A stretch of DNA of 55,601 nt. Origin: Prevotellaceae bacterium. Its GTDB lineage: Bacteria; Bacteroidota; Bacteroidia; Bacteroidales; UBA932. The notes under the pieces are model-generated. The model did no database searches and was not told the DNA's origin. It saw only the letters and a program-made list of their open reading frames with translations. Positions 35,521 to 44,622 of the stretch are shown here, piece by piece. Each line of letters opens with the position of its first letter. Positions within the stretch are counted from its first letter, which is position 1. Where the stretch lies: contig JAISNL010000046.1 of the NCBI GenBank assembly GCA_031276235.1, positions 1 through 55,601 of the forward strand, in the 5' to 3' direction. Position numbers and translations under genes: made by a program.

Positions 35521-36954
35521 CTATCGCCTTGCCCAAAGTTTATTCATATCTTCCAATGTTTTGCCTTTGGTTTCGGGTACCCATTTCCATACAAAAACAA
35601 AGGCTAATATGCACATTATTCCGTAAAGTCCGTATGCAATCATCGGGCTGAAATCGTAAAGCGACGGAAATGTGGATGAAACAATAAAGTTGAAAATCCA
35701 TTGAAACGCCACAGCAATGGCTACTGCCTGTCCGCGAATAGTATTGGGGAATATTTCGGATATAAGCACCCAGCATATTGGTCCCCATGACATCATGAAA
35801 AATGCTGCGTAAACAATGATAGACATTACGGGAACTATACCCTGCAAACCTATACTGTCGCAAACAGCAACTGCAAAAGCGCCTGCTGCCATACCTATGG
35901 AACCTATAATCAGCAACGGCTTACGCCCAAATCTGTCAACCGTAAATATTGCTACAACGGTAAATGCTATATTCACAATACCCATTATAACCGTTTGCAA
36001 CATGCCGCCGCCTTCGGCTCCTGCGCTTTCAAATATGCGCGGAGCATAGTAAAGCACGGCATTTATGCCTATCGCCTGCTGAAATACCGATAAAAATATA
36101 CCTATAACAATAACGGTAACGCCGTAGGTAAACAGTTTTTCACTTTTTTCATGAACCGTTTCTTTTATATCGGACAGTATTTGTTTGGCTATTTCTTTTC
36201 CATTGATTTTTGAAAGTATCGACAGCGCTTTTTCTTCCTGACGTATCATTACAAGGTAGCGCGGCGTTTTGGGAACAAGGAAGAGTAAAAATCCGAACAG
36301 AGCTGCAACGTATGCTTCGGAAACGAACATGTATCGCCATCCTGTAAGAACAGTCCACTGGTCGGGAACGGTATATACTTCCGTAACTTTGTCAATAAAA
36401 GGGTTTTTGTGGTCGCCAAGTATCATATAATTTACAAAATAAACAACCAGCATACCGAATATAATTGCAAACTGATTGCATGAAACAAGCGTACCGCGAA
36501 TTTTTGAAGGTGCAATTTCGGCAATATACATTGGTACAATAGCCGAAGCAAGCCCCACTCCTATTCCGCCCAGTATGCGGTACAGATTGAATGCAATCAA
36601 CAGATTGCCCGTAGGAACGTTTTTTTCAAAAAATAGAAATTCGGGGTAGTAAGAGCCTAATGCCGACAGAAAAAACAGCACGGATGCAAATCGAAGCGAA
36701 TTGCGCCGTCCGAGCCGCTGTGCAAAGAACCCCGAAACAAATCCTCCGATAACGCAGCCTATAAGTGCGCTAGACGAGGTGATGCCGTGCAGAAATTTAT
36801 TGTATTCAAAATCGGTGGCTCGCAGGAAAAAGCCTTCAAGTCCTTTTTCTGCGCCTGAAATTACTGCCGTATCATATCCGAAAAGCAAGCCTCCAAGCGT
36901 TGCCACCAGAGTGATACTTAAAATGTAAATTGAATTGTATTCTTTATTTTTCAT
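35521..36954 (-). CDS. xylE: sugar-porter MFS transporter (D-xylose:H+ symporter-like)
   Basis: 477 aa. 'GGLLFGYDTAVISGA', 'GRRNSL', 'PMYIAEIAPSKIRG', 'VDRFGRKPLL' and 'PETKGKTLEDM' are sugar-porter signatures. Adjacent to xylA. Confidence 0.8.
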   Translation of the reverse strand: MKNKEYNSIYILSITLVATLGGLLFGYDTAVISGAEKGLEGFFLRATDFEYNKFLHGITSSSALIGCVIGGFVSGFFAQRLGRRNSLRFASVLFFLSALGSYYPEFLFFEKNVPTGNLLIAFNLYRILGGIGVGLASAIVPMYIAEIAPSKIRGTLVSCNQFAIIFGMLVVYFVNYMILGDHKNPFIDKVTEVYTVPDQWTVLTGWRYMFVSEAYVAALFGFLLFLVPKTPRYLVMIRQEEKALSILSKINGKEIAKQILSDIKETVHEKSEKLFTYGVTVIVIGIFLSVFQQAIGINAVLYYAPRIFESAGAEGGGMLQTVIMGIVNIAFTVVAIFTVDRFGRKPLLIIGSIGMAAGAFAVAVCDSIGLQGIVPVMSIIVYAAFFMMSWGPICWVLISEIFPNTIRGQAVAIAVAFQWIFNFIVSSTFPSLYDFSPMIAYGLYGIMCILAFVFVWKWVPETKGKTLEDMNKLWARR

Positions 36955-36957
36955 GGA

Positions 36958-38025
36958 TTATTTTGTATTAAATTTATAAATGCATGTATGCTGATATGTT
37001 TCTCCTGCTTTCAGCGTTGTGCTTGGAAAGTCGGGATGGTTTGGCGAGTCGGGAAACTTTTGGGTTTCGAGTGCGAATGATTCGCGACGGTTATGCAATT
37101 TTCCGTATTTCCCCTGTGCCGTTCCGTAGAAATGATTGCCACTGTAAAACTGTATTCCGGGCTGGTCGGTAAATACCAGCAGTTCTCTGCCGCTTTCGGG
37201 TTCGTAAACTGTGGCGGCAGGCTCGTCAATACTTTTACAGTCGAGAACCCAGTTGTGGTCGTATCCGCTGCCGAATCTCAACTGCTCGTGGTTTTCGTTA
37301 ATCCGTTCGCCGATAGCGTGCGGACTGCGAAAATCAAAAGGCGTGTTTTCAACAGGCATAAGTTCGCCTGTAGGGATAAGAAATCCGTTGACGGCGGTAA
37401 TATGACCGGCATTAAGCGTTAATATGTGGCTGGCTACGCTTCCGTTGCCTTCGCCTCTGAGATTGAAGAACGAATGATGCGAAAGATTGACAACTGTTGT
37501 TTGGTCGGAAGTTGCCTTGTAGGTAATTTTAAATTCGTTGCTGTCGCTAAGCGAATATGTCATCACTACATGCAACGCGCCGGGAAAACCTTCTTCGCCA
37601 TCGGCGGCTGTATATGAAAACACGATTTGGCTTTCGCTTACGCTGTCAACATTCCACACTATGTTGTCGAATCCGCGTATTCCTCCGTGCAAAGTTTGTC
37701 CGCCGCTGTTGAGCGGCAAGTTGTATTCTTTGCTTTCGAGGGTAAATTTGCCGTCTGCAATACGGTTTGCATAACGACCTACAACGCATCCCAAAAAGCG
37801 TTCGCCGCGGTTGTGCAGATATGATTCAATATCGGGATAGCCCAATACAACGTCTTCATACTTTCCTGTTCGGTCAGGAGTGAACAGCGACACTACGCGC
37901 GCTCCGAAATTTGTTACTTGCATCGTAATATCGCCATTGTGCAAAGTATATAGCGACACCTGCTTGTTGTCAACCATTGTTTGAAATGCAAGCGCTACGA
38001 GTAAAGGCAGTTTTTCTATTATCAT
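36958..38025 (-). CDS. galM: aldose 1-epimerase (mutarotase)
   Basis: 355 aa. 'VGRYANRIADGKF', 'LHGG..GFD', 'NLSHHSFFNL', 'FTDQPGIQFYSGN' and 'ALETQKFPDSPN'. The start may instead be the internal Met17. Confidence 0.85.
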   Translation of the reverse strand: MIIEKLPLLVALAFQTMVDNKQVSLYTLHNGDITMQVTNFGARVVSLFTPDRTGKYEDVVLGYPDIESYLHNRGERFLGCVVGRYANRIADGKFTLESKEYNLPLNSGGQTLHGGIRGFDNIVWNVDSVSESQIVFSYTAADGEEGFPGALHVVMTYSLSDSNEFKITYKATSDQTTVVNLSHHSFFNLRGEGNGSVASHILTLNAGHITAVNGFLIPTGELMPVENTPFDFRSPHAIGERINENHEQLRFGSGYDHNWVLDCKSIDEPAATVYEPESGRELLVFTDQPGIQFYSGNHFYGTAQGKYGKLHNRRESFALETQKFPDSPNHPDFPSTTLKAGETYQHTCIYKFNTK

Positions 38026-38217
38026 AATTTACAGGTTTGTTTTATTAATATTATTGTCAAAATACATATTATACCTGTGCAGTGGATTCGCATCAAAAGT
38101 CTGTAAAATAATTAAACCAAAAATCATGAGTAGGAGCAGTCTTTTGTACGAATCCATTCTGCATAAGTATTCATCATTATATTAACATTAAATTCAATAA
38201 ATGCAGGTTTGCAACAA

Positions 38218-39531
38218 CTATATATACATATTTACTATTGCTTCATACAGTTCCTGTTTGCCGCTTGTTTGAGCGGGTTCGCCTTTTGTTTTGGCGTAAT
38301 CAACCAAATTTTCGAGCGACAGTTTGTCTTCTTCAAATTCTTTTCCTTTGTCTGTATCGAAAGAAGCGTATCTGTCGGCAAGCATTTTGGAGTATGGAGA
38401 TTTTTCGAGAATATCGGCGGCGCTTTCCAGTGCGCGGGCAAAAGCATCCATACCTGAAATGTGGGCGATGAAAATATCTTCCAAATCGGTAGAATTGCGG
38501 CGCGTTTTGGCGTCAAAGTTAGTGCCTCCCGGCAAGCCTCCGTTTTGCAAAATCACCAGCATTGCCTGTGTAAGTTCGTAAGCATCTATGGGGAACTGGT
38601 CGGTATCCCAGCCGTTTTGATAGTCGCCGCGATTTGCATCTATTGAACCGAGCAAGCCAGCATCGGCTGCGCATTGCAGTTCATGTTCAAAAGTATGTCC
38701 GGCAAGCGTGGCGTGATTCACTTCTATATTCACTTTGAAATCATGGTCAAGCCCGTAATAGCGCAGGAAACCTATCACGGTTTCGGTATCGGCGTCATAT
38801 TGATGCTTGGCAGGTTCCATAGGCTTGGGTTCTATAAGGAAAATTCCTTTGAAACCTTTTGAGCGGGCATAGTCGCGGGCTTTGCTCAGAAAGGTGGCAA
38901 GATGGTCTTTTTCGCGTTTCATTTGAGTATTCAGCAGAGATGAATAGCCTTCTCTCCCACCCCAGAACACGTAAGCCTGTCCGCCAAGTTCTATGGTAGC
39001 GTCTATGGCATTTTTGACTTGTACTGCCGCGCGCGCCACCACATCAAAGTCGGGATTTGTTGCCGCTCCGTTCATGTAACGTTTATTGCCAAACACGTTG
39101 GCTGTTCCCCACAGGAGTTTTATGCCTGTTTCTGCCTGTTTTTGCTTTGCGTATTCAACAATAGCCTTCAAATTTGCTTCATATTCTTCTATAGATTTTC
39201 CTTCATCGATTAAATCTATATCGTGGAAGCAATAATATTCGATGCCGATTTTTTGCATAAATTCAAAACCTGCATCCAGTCGCTGTTTAGCGATTTCGAG
39301 CGCCGAACTGCCCTGCGCCCACGGAAATGTTTTTGTTCCCTGTCCAAACTGATCGCTGCCTTCGGCGCAAAGCGTATGCCACCATGCCATCGCAAATTTG
39401 AACCAGTCTTTCATTTTACGTCCATATACAATCTTTTCTGGATTGTAGTAACGGAATGCCAAAGGATTTTTACTGTCTTTTCCTTCGTACTTGATTTGTC
39501 CCACTGTGGGGAAGTAAATGTTTTTACTCAT
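38218..39531 (-). CDS. xylA: xylose isomerase
   Basis: 437 aa. '[12 protein letters not shown]', 'FCFHD.D', 'LWGTANVF', 'VFWGGREGY', '[10 protein letters not shown]', '[14 protein letters not shown]' and 'GSIDANRGD'. Confidence 0.95.
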   Translation of the reverse strand: MSKNIYFPTVGQIKYEGKDSKNPLAFRYYNPEKIVYGRKMKDWFKFAMAWWHTLCAEGSDQFGQGTKTFPWAQGSSALEIAKQRLDAGFEFMQKIGIEYYCFHDIDLIDEGKSIEEYEANLKAIVEYAKQKQAETGIKLLWGTANVFGNKRYMNGAATNPDFDVVARAAVQVKNAIDATIELGGQAYVFWGGREGYSSLLNTQMKREKDHLATFLSKARDYARSKGFKGIFLIEPKPMEPAKHQYDADTETVIGFLRYYGLDHDFKVNIEVNHATLAGHTFEHELQCAADAGLLGSIDANRGDYQNGWDTDQFPIDAYELTQAMLVILQNGGLPGGTNFDAKTRRNSTDLEDIFIAHISGMDAFARALESAADILEKSPYSKMLADRYASFDTDKGKEFEEDKLSLENLVDYAKTKGEPAQTSGKQELYEAIVNMYI

Positions 39532-39595
39532 AAATTTTTTTTGTTAAAAATTAATACTATAATAATTTAATTTGTTATTCTTTTTTCATTCGCTG

Positions 39596-40879
39596 TTATT
39601 TCACAAACAGGGAAGTTGTATAAATAGAATTTGTACCATTTATAATATTTTGCTCTACGCCGTTTTTCCACACTTTGGCAATACTTTTGTTGTTTGAATT
39701 TAGTTCAACTCCCAATACATATACATTTCCTTCCGATACATAAACAGACGTTGCACAAGCAGGGCGAGCGCCATCGCCAAGAGATGTTGCTACGCCGTTT
39801 TTCCAAAGTCGCGCTAAATTATTGCCGTTTACATCTTCTTCGCCTGCCACATATACATCATTGCCTGATACAAAAACCGCGTACGCTTCGGAATAGCCTG
39901 CGCCACTGTTAAGCGTAGTAGCAACGCCGTTTTTCCACACTTTGGCTACATGTTGTTCGTTGTCATCTTCTTCGTATCCGGATGCATATACATCGCTGCC
40001 AGATACGTAAACAGAATTTGCAAATGACATTCTATCGGAAAGCGCTGTTTCTACGCCGTTTTTCCACACTTTGGCTAAATACGTAAAATTTTCTTTCCAC
40101 TCCCAGCCTGCCACATATACATCGCCGCCCGATACGTAAAGAGAACGGGGATGTGCGCTGCGCGTACCATCAGTAATATCCCAAACATTTCCGTTTTTCC
40201 ACAGGGCTGCTGTGTTTGTATAATATTCCTCTTCATTTTTTTGTATTACTACATATACATCGTTATTTTCTACATAAACGCCGTATGCACTCGATCTATC
40301 CCATTCCGTAGGCGCATCTGCTGAAAGGTCGTATGCAACGCCGTTTTTCCACAGTTTGGCTACTCGGCGAGTGTATTGGTCTTGGTCTTCAAATCCTGTT
40401 ACATACACATCATTGCCCGATACATAAACGCATGTGGCTATGGAAGCCGTTGCATTGTCCGAAAATTGAAGCGGCTGTTCTACTCCGTTTTTCCACAGTT
40501 TGGCTACTCGATGTTCGTTGGCATCTTCTTCGTATCCGGCTACATATATATCCTGCACTTTTACGTTGCAGACTGCTGTTTCGCCGTTGGCGGTTGTTGC
40601 TGTAATTATTGCATTACCCGAACTAATTGCGGTTACTGTTCCTTCATTATTTACGGTTGCAACATTTTCGGCATTACTGGTCCATGTAACCGTTTTGTCT
40701 GCTGCATTGTTTGGCGTTATTTCTGCAATAAGGGTTTCGTGTTCGCCTGCGGCAAGCGCAAGTTCAGTTTTGTTGATTGTGATACCTGTAGCCACAATAG
40801 GCGCATCGTCATCCTTGCTGCACGAGGCAGTCATCATAAGTAGCGCAATGGCTGCAAATATTTGAATTTTCTTTGTCAT
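39596..40879 (-). CDS. lipoprotein: Big_2 Ig-like domain + seven 'WKNG' repeats (probable 7-bladed beta-propeller)
   Basis: The ATG at 40879 gives 'MTKKIQIFAAIALLMMTASC' (lipobox). The Big_2-like segment is 'TINKTELALAAGEHETLIAEITPNNAADKTVTWTSNAENVATV'. Seven ~45-aa repeats '(A/V)A(K/R)(L/V)WKNGV....(S)VYVSG.DVYV.G' follow. Confidence 0.75.
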   Translation of the reverse strand: MTKKIQIFAAIALLMMTASCSKDDDAPIVATGITINKTELALAAGEHETLIAEITPNNAADKTVTWTSNAENVATVNNEGTVTAISSGNAIITATTANGETAVCNVKVQDIYVAGYEEDANEHRVAKLWKNGVEQPLQFSDNATASIATCVYVSGNDVYVTGFEDQDQYTRRVAKLWKNGVAYDLSADAPTEWDRSSAYGVYVENNDVYVVIQKNEEEYYTNTAALWKNGNVWDITDGTRSAHPRSLYVSGGDVYVAGWEWKENFTYLAKVWKNGVETALSDRMSFANSVYVSGSDVYASGYEEDDNEQHVAKVWKNGVATTLNSGAGYSEAYAVFVSGNDVYVAGEEDVNGNNLARLWKNGVATSLGDGARPACATSVYVSEGNVYVLGVELNSNNKSIAKVWKNGVEQNIINGTNSIYTTSLFVK

Positions 40880-40924
40880 AATTTTTATTTTGATGTAAAT
40901 TATTTTTTTGTTATTTATTTCACT

Positions 40925-41057
40925 TTTCACTCCTTCTGGATTGCTTCACCCTTCGGGTTCGCAATGACGAATTGCGTTTTTTTAGACGTCATTGCGAGCG
41001 TCAGCGAAGCAATCCAGAAACTTTCAACTTTCAACTAATTTATCAACTTTCAACTAT
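40925..41057. repeat. REP-like type-I hairpin plus 'ctttcaact' terminus modules
   Basis: Arms 'ctggattgcttcacccttcgggttcgcaatgacg' (40936-40969) and 'cgtcattgcgagcgtcagcgaagcaatccag' (40987-41017). These are followed by 'aaactttcaactttcaactaatttatcaactttcaactat'. Confidence 0.8.
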
Positions 41058-42011
41058 ATTAAACGTTGTTGTTATTTCGCCTGTATATTTGCCTATGCCT
41101 TGAATGGTGAGGGTTGCAGTGCCGGGGTTAATGTTGTTTTTGTATGCAACTGTAAAGTCCTTACTGAATACGGGAGTAACCACTGTTTCTTTGCCCTCTT
41201 TGGTAACGGTTAGCGTTAATTCGGGTATAACGAATACAGGTTTGCCGGTATATTGCTGTACGCCAATCGGAGCAACGGTTGACGGAGTAAGGTCAATACG
41301 TGCGTGGATACGTCCGTAATGTTCATGAACCAGAGTGTTGTAGTGGCTTACAAGCACATTAAATTCTTCTACAAACGCCGTAAATTCGCCTTCGCCATTC
41401 AGTATTATCAGCGAAGCTATGCGGTTAGTAATTTGTTTCAGCGCGTCGTCGGTTTCGTGCCGCGCTGTGCGTGCGCTTATAGCGGGTTTGTTCACCTGTT
41501 CCTGCGCCGCATCGTCCACATAACTTTTGAACAGTTCGTTTTGGCTGTTCAGTTCATCAATCCACGCTTCGAGTTTCAGCGCTTCCACTGCCGCTGTGTA
41601 GTCGCTGCCGTGCAGCCGCGTCACAAGGCTGTCGATATTTGCCGTTTCGGCGTCATAACTGGCTCTGGGCAAATTGCCGTAAGTTTCGAGCAGGCTGTAC
41701 ACATGCAAGGCTTTGTCGCGGATTGCAGGATTGAAGTGCTTCATGTCGTTGCGCACCACGGCAAGCAGCCCTGTAAATACCCTGTCGCGGGCACGGTCAA
41801 CTTCTTCTTTTTTGGCAGTAAATTCGCTTTTGCGAAGCCATTTGAATACTGTTTCTTCCTGTGCAAGTTTGCTTTGATATGTAGCAAGCATTGCGGGCGC
41901 ATTGATTTGAACTTTGTACCTGTCGCAAATTTTGTACGACAGCGTGTGAAATTCCAGATGTTCGGATGTATTGTATCTGTTTTCATCTGGGCTGTTTAAA
42001 ATTTTTTTCAT
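41043..42011 (-). CDS. DUF6261-like helical protein with C-terminal Ig-like domain
   Basis: 322 aa. 'YNTSEHLEFHTLSYKI' and a helical body resemble Bacteroidota DUF6261, recalled from memory and not searched. The C-terminal 'FTVAYKNNINPGTATLTIQGIGKYTGEITTTFNI' is Ig-like. The last codons VES* lie in the repeat. Confidence 0.55.
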   Translation of the reverse strand: MKKILNSPDENRYNTSEHLEFHTLSYKICDRYKVQINAPAMLATYQSKLAQEETVFKWLRKSEFTAKKEEVDRARDRVFTGLLAVVRNDMKHFNPAIRDKALHVYSLLETYGNLPRASYDAETANIDSLVTRLHGSDYTAAVEALKLEAWIDELNSQNELFKSYVDDAAQEQVNKPAISARTARHETDDALKQITNRIASLIILNGEGEFTAFVEEFNVLVSHYNTLVHEHYGRIHARIDLTPSTVAPIGVQQYTGKPVFVIPELTLTVTKEGKETVVTPVFSKDFTVAYKNNINPGTATLTIQGIGKYTGEITTTFNIVES

Positions 42012-42089
42012 ACTCTTTGATTTATTAAATAGTTAGACATTCTTTTTATTTTTATTTTAATAACATTTATAAAACTTTTCAGTTTCGGT

Positions 42090-42447
42090 TCAGCATCATT
42101 AATGACAGTCGAAAATCACTCTGGATTGTGTCTGACATCATTGATGACAGTCGAAAATCACTCTGGATTGTGTCTGACATCGTTGATGACAGTCGAAAAT
42201 CACTCTGGATTGTGTCTGACATCATTGATGACAGTCGGAAATCACTCTGGATTCTGTCTGACATCGTTGATGACAGTCGAAAATCACTCTGGATTCTGTC
42301 TGACATCGTTGATGACAGTCGGAAATCACTCTGGATTGTGTCTGACATCATTGATGACGGTCGGAAATCACTCTGGATTCTGTCTGACATCGTTGATGAC
42401 GGTCGGAAATCACTCTGGATTCTGTCTGACATCGTTGATGACAGTTG
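42090..42447. repeat. 42-bp tandem repeat array, ~8.5 copies
   Basis: The unit is 'catc(a/g)ttgatgac(a/g)gtcg(a/g)aaatcactctggatt(g/c)tgtctga'. The anchor 'atgacagtcg' recurs at 42102, 42144, 42186, 42228, 42270, 42312, 42354, 42396 and (partial) 42438. Confidence 0.95.
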
Positions 42448-42609
42448 GATGTTAGCCTGCATTGTGTCTTTTGTTTTTTGTAATGTCAATAAAACAGTCA
42501 TCTTTTCTTTCTTTATTGCTTGCGCCCTTTCGGGGCTTGTTGTTATTTTATTTTCTTTTCACAGGGCGTTGCCCTGCGCTAAATGCTTAAAGGCTTGCAG
42601 CCTTTTTTT

Positions 42610-42673
42610 AACTGTCAACTATCAACTGTTAACTGTCAACTGTCAACTGATTTTGTTAACTGTCAACTAAAAT
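42610..42673. repeat. cluster of MITE right-terminus motifs (CTGTCAACTG)n
   Basis: 'aactgtcaactatcaactgttaactgtcaactgtcaactg' plus 'ttaactgtcaactaaaat'. The second block encodes the xylB C-terminus ..VDS* on the minus strand. Confidence 0.8.
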
Positions 42674-44137
42674 TGCCAGCCATCTGTGGTAGGCTTCCAT
42701 AGTTTCTTTTTCGTTATTGGTTTCGGGCGTTACGGTTATTATTTTTTTCAATGTGGCAAAGGCTTCTTTTTCATTCTTAAAGATGCCTGCTCCTATTCCT
42801 GCACCGCGGGCTGCGCCTGTTGAGCCGTCGGTATTGTACAGTTCTACTGTTGCGCCTGTGATATTCGACAGCGTTTGCCTGAACACAGGGCTTAGAAACA
42901 GGTTTGCAAGCCCTGCTCTGATTGTTTTTGTTGCTATGCCCATTTGATTCATAATATCCATTCCGTATTTGAACGAGAATGCAATGCCTTCCTGCGCGGC
43001 GCGTATAAGGTGGGCTTTACCGTGCCTTATGAAATTGACGCCGTGTATTGAGCAGTCGAGTTCGCGGTTGTTCAGCACCCTTTCAGCGCCGTTGCCGAAA
43101 GGTATAATGCAGACTCCGTCGCTGCCTATTGGAATTTCGGCTGCCATTTCGTTCATTTCGGAATATGTAATATTTTCGGGGGCGATGTTATTTTTCATCC
43201 ATGCGTTCAGTATTGCAGTGCCGTTAATACACAGCAGCGCTCCTATGCGCGTTTGCTGTTCGGAATGGTTTACGTGCGCAAATGAATTGACGCGCGACAG
43301 GCAATCGTATTTTGCATCGCTGTTTACGCCGTACACTACGCCTGATGTGCCTGCTGTGGCGGCAACTTCGCCCGGATGAAATACGTTAAGAGAAAGTGCA
43401 TTGTTGGGCTGGTCGCCTGCGCGGTAGGTAACAGGAGTGCCTGTTTCCAGTCCAAGTTCTTTGGCTACTTCAGCGGTTAAATATCCCTGCCGTCCGAAGG
43501 CAGGCACAATTTCGGGAATCAGTTTTGTGTCGAATCCGAAATAATCGTACAGAAATTTTGCAGGCGCATTTGCGGCAAAATCCCACGCAATGCCTTCCGA
43601 CAGCCCCGAAACGGTAGTACGCGCATCGCCCGTAAGCCTCATTGCGATATAGTCGCCCGGAAGCATAATGTATCGTATTGCCGAATAATTGCGCGGTTCA
43701 TTTTCTTTCAGCCATGCAAGCTTTGACAGGGTGAAATTGCCGGGTGAATTTAACAGATGCGACAGGCATTTTTCGTTTCCCAATTCTTCAAATGCTTTTT
43801 CACCGTAAGGCACTGCGCGGCTGTCGCACCAGATTATTGCATCGCGAATAACTTTTTGATGTTCATCAACCACAACCAAACCGTGCATCTGATAAGAGAT
43901 GCCTATGGCTTTTATTTCTTTGGGAGTAGCGCAAGCCTGTTCTATAACAGACTGCGTAGCCAGTTTCAGATTTTCCCACCATATCGCGGGGTCCTGTTCT
44001 GCCCATCCTGTTTTTATGGACTTAATACCCATTTCTTTTTTCGGAAAAAAGGCGCTTGCCGTTGCTTCTCCTGTTTGTATGTTCACCAAACTTGCTTTTA
44101 TTGATGAACTTCCAATGTCGTAACCAAGTAAATACAT
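42656..44137 (-). CDS. xylB: xylulokinase (FGGY carbohydrate kinase)
   Basis: 493 aa. 'YLLGYDIGSSSIKASL', 'IGISYQMHGLV', 'GDQPNNALS' and 'NTDGSTGAARGAGIGAG'. Lies in a xylose cluster. Confidence 0.88.
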   Translation of the reverse strand: MYLLGYDIGSSSIKASLVNIQTGEATASAFFPKKEMGIKSIKTGWAEQDPAIWWENLKLATQSVIEQACATPKEIKAIGISYQMHGLVVVDEHQKVIRDAIIWCDSRAVPYGEKAFEELGNEKCLSHLLNSPGNFTLSKLAWLKENEPRNYSAIRYIMLPGDYIAMRLTGDARTTVSGLSEGIAWDFAANAPAKFLYDYFGFDTKLIPEIVPAFGRQGYLTAEVAKELGLETGTPVTYRAGDQPNNALSLNVFHPGEVAATAGTSGVVYGVNSDAKYDCLSRVNSFAHVNHSEQQTRIGALLCINGTAILNAWMKNNIAPENITYSEMNEMAAEIPIGSDGVCIIPFGNGAERVLNNRELDCSIHGVNFIRHGKAHLIRAAQEGIAFSFKYGMDIMNQMGIATKTIRAGLANLFLSPVFRQTLSNITGATVELYNTDGSTGAARGAGIGAGIFKNEKEAFATLKKIITVTPETNNEKETMEAYHRWLAILVDS

Positions 44138-44205
44138 AAACGATATTTTTAAATGTAAAATTAATGTTTTTTATTTAATATTTCCATATTTTTAAATTAT
44201 TATTC

Positions 44206-44240
44206 TCCTGATTGCGTCAGGCTCGCGCCTTCGCAATAAC
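44206..44240. repeat. solo left arm of the type-I REP hairpin
   Basis: 'cctgattgcgtcaggctcgcgccttcgcaataacg' is homologous to 'ctggattgcttcgtcgctccgctcctcgcaatgacg' (46726-46761). No matching right arm is nearby. Confidence 0.5.
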
Positions 44241-44326
44241 GCTTTTACCTGCATGTTTACTCCCTTACGGTCAATTTTTGCTTTGCTCATTTGCGTATTG
44301 ATAATTAATTTTTGTTGTTAAATAAT

Positions 44327-44591
44327 ATGAATATCGTACTCTTCCCGAACAGCCCGCAATGGCTGAATTTTCATAACCGCAATGCCAACGACTTGCATAC
44401 AATGAACTAAACCTTTTCATGTTGCCTGAAAGGCAATACTTTTGCAATAACAAGTCTGAAACATGCACGCAGTTGCGCAAGTACTGCCTTGCAGGCAGAG
44501 ATTGGCTAACGTTTTCCGTGCCGCAGGTCGCTGACCTGCGGTTATGAATATTACGGCTTTCAGCCGATTGGGTGTCATATACGATATTCAT
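44327..44591. other. 265-nt nested inverted-repeat element (candidate structured RNA or MITE)
   Basis: Outer pair ATGAATATCGTA (44327-44338) / TACGATATTCAT (44580-44591). Inner pair TTCATAACCGCA (44370-44381) / TGCGGTTATGAA (44537-44548). Three internal hairpins lie at 44422-44436, 44484-44498 and 44521-44541 (the last with a 9-bp stem). Confidence 0.5.
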
Positions 44592-44622
44592 TTGAAATAA
44601 ACTGTTAATGTTTTTCAAACAA

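Noticed and set aside
42079-42670. Three overlapping ORFs (140, 117 and 180 aa) and a possible CRISPR-like array over the 42-bp repeats.
   Set aside because: The ORFs exist only because a 14-codon unit without stops is iterated. There is no credible start context. The array has no unique spacers between repeats, so it is a plain tandem repeat and not a CRISPR array. No cas genes are in the window.
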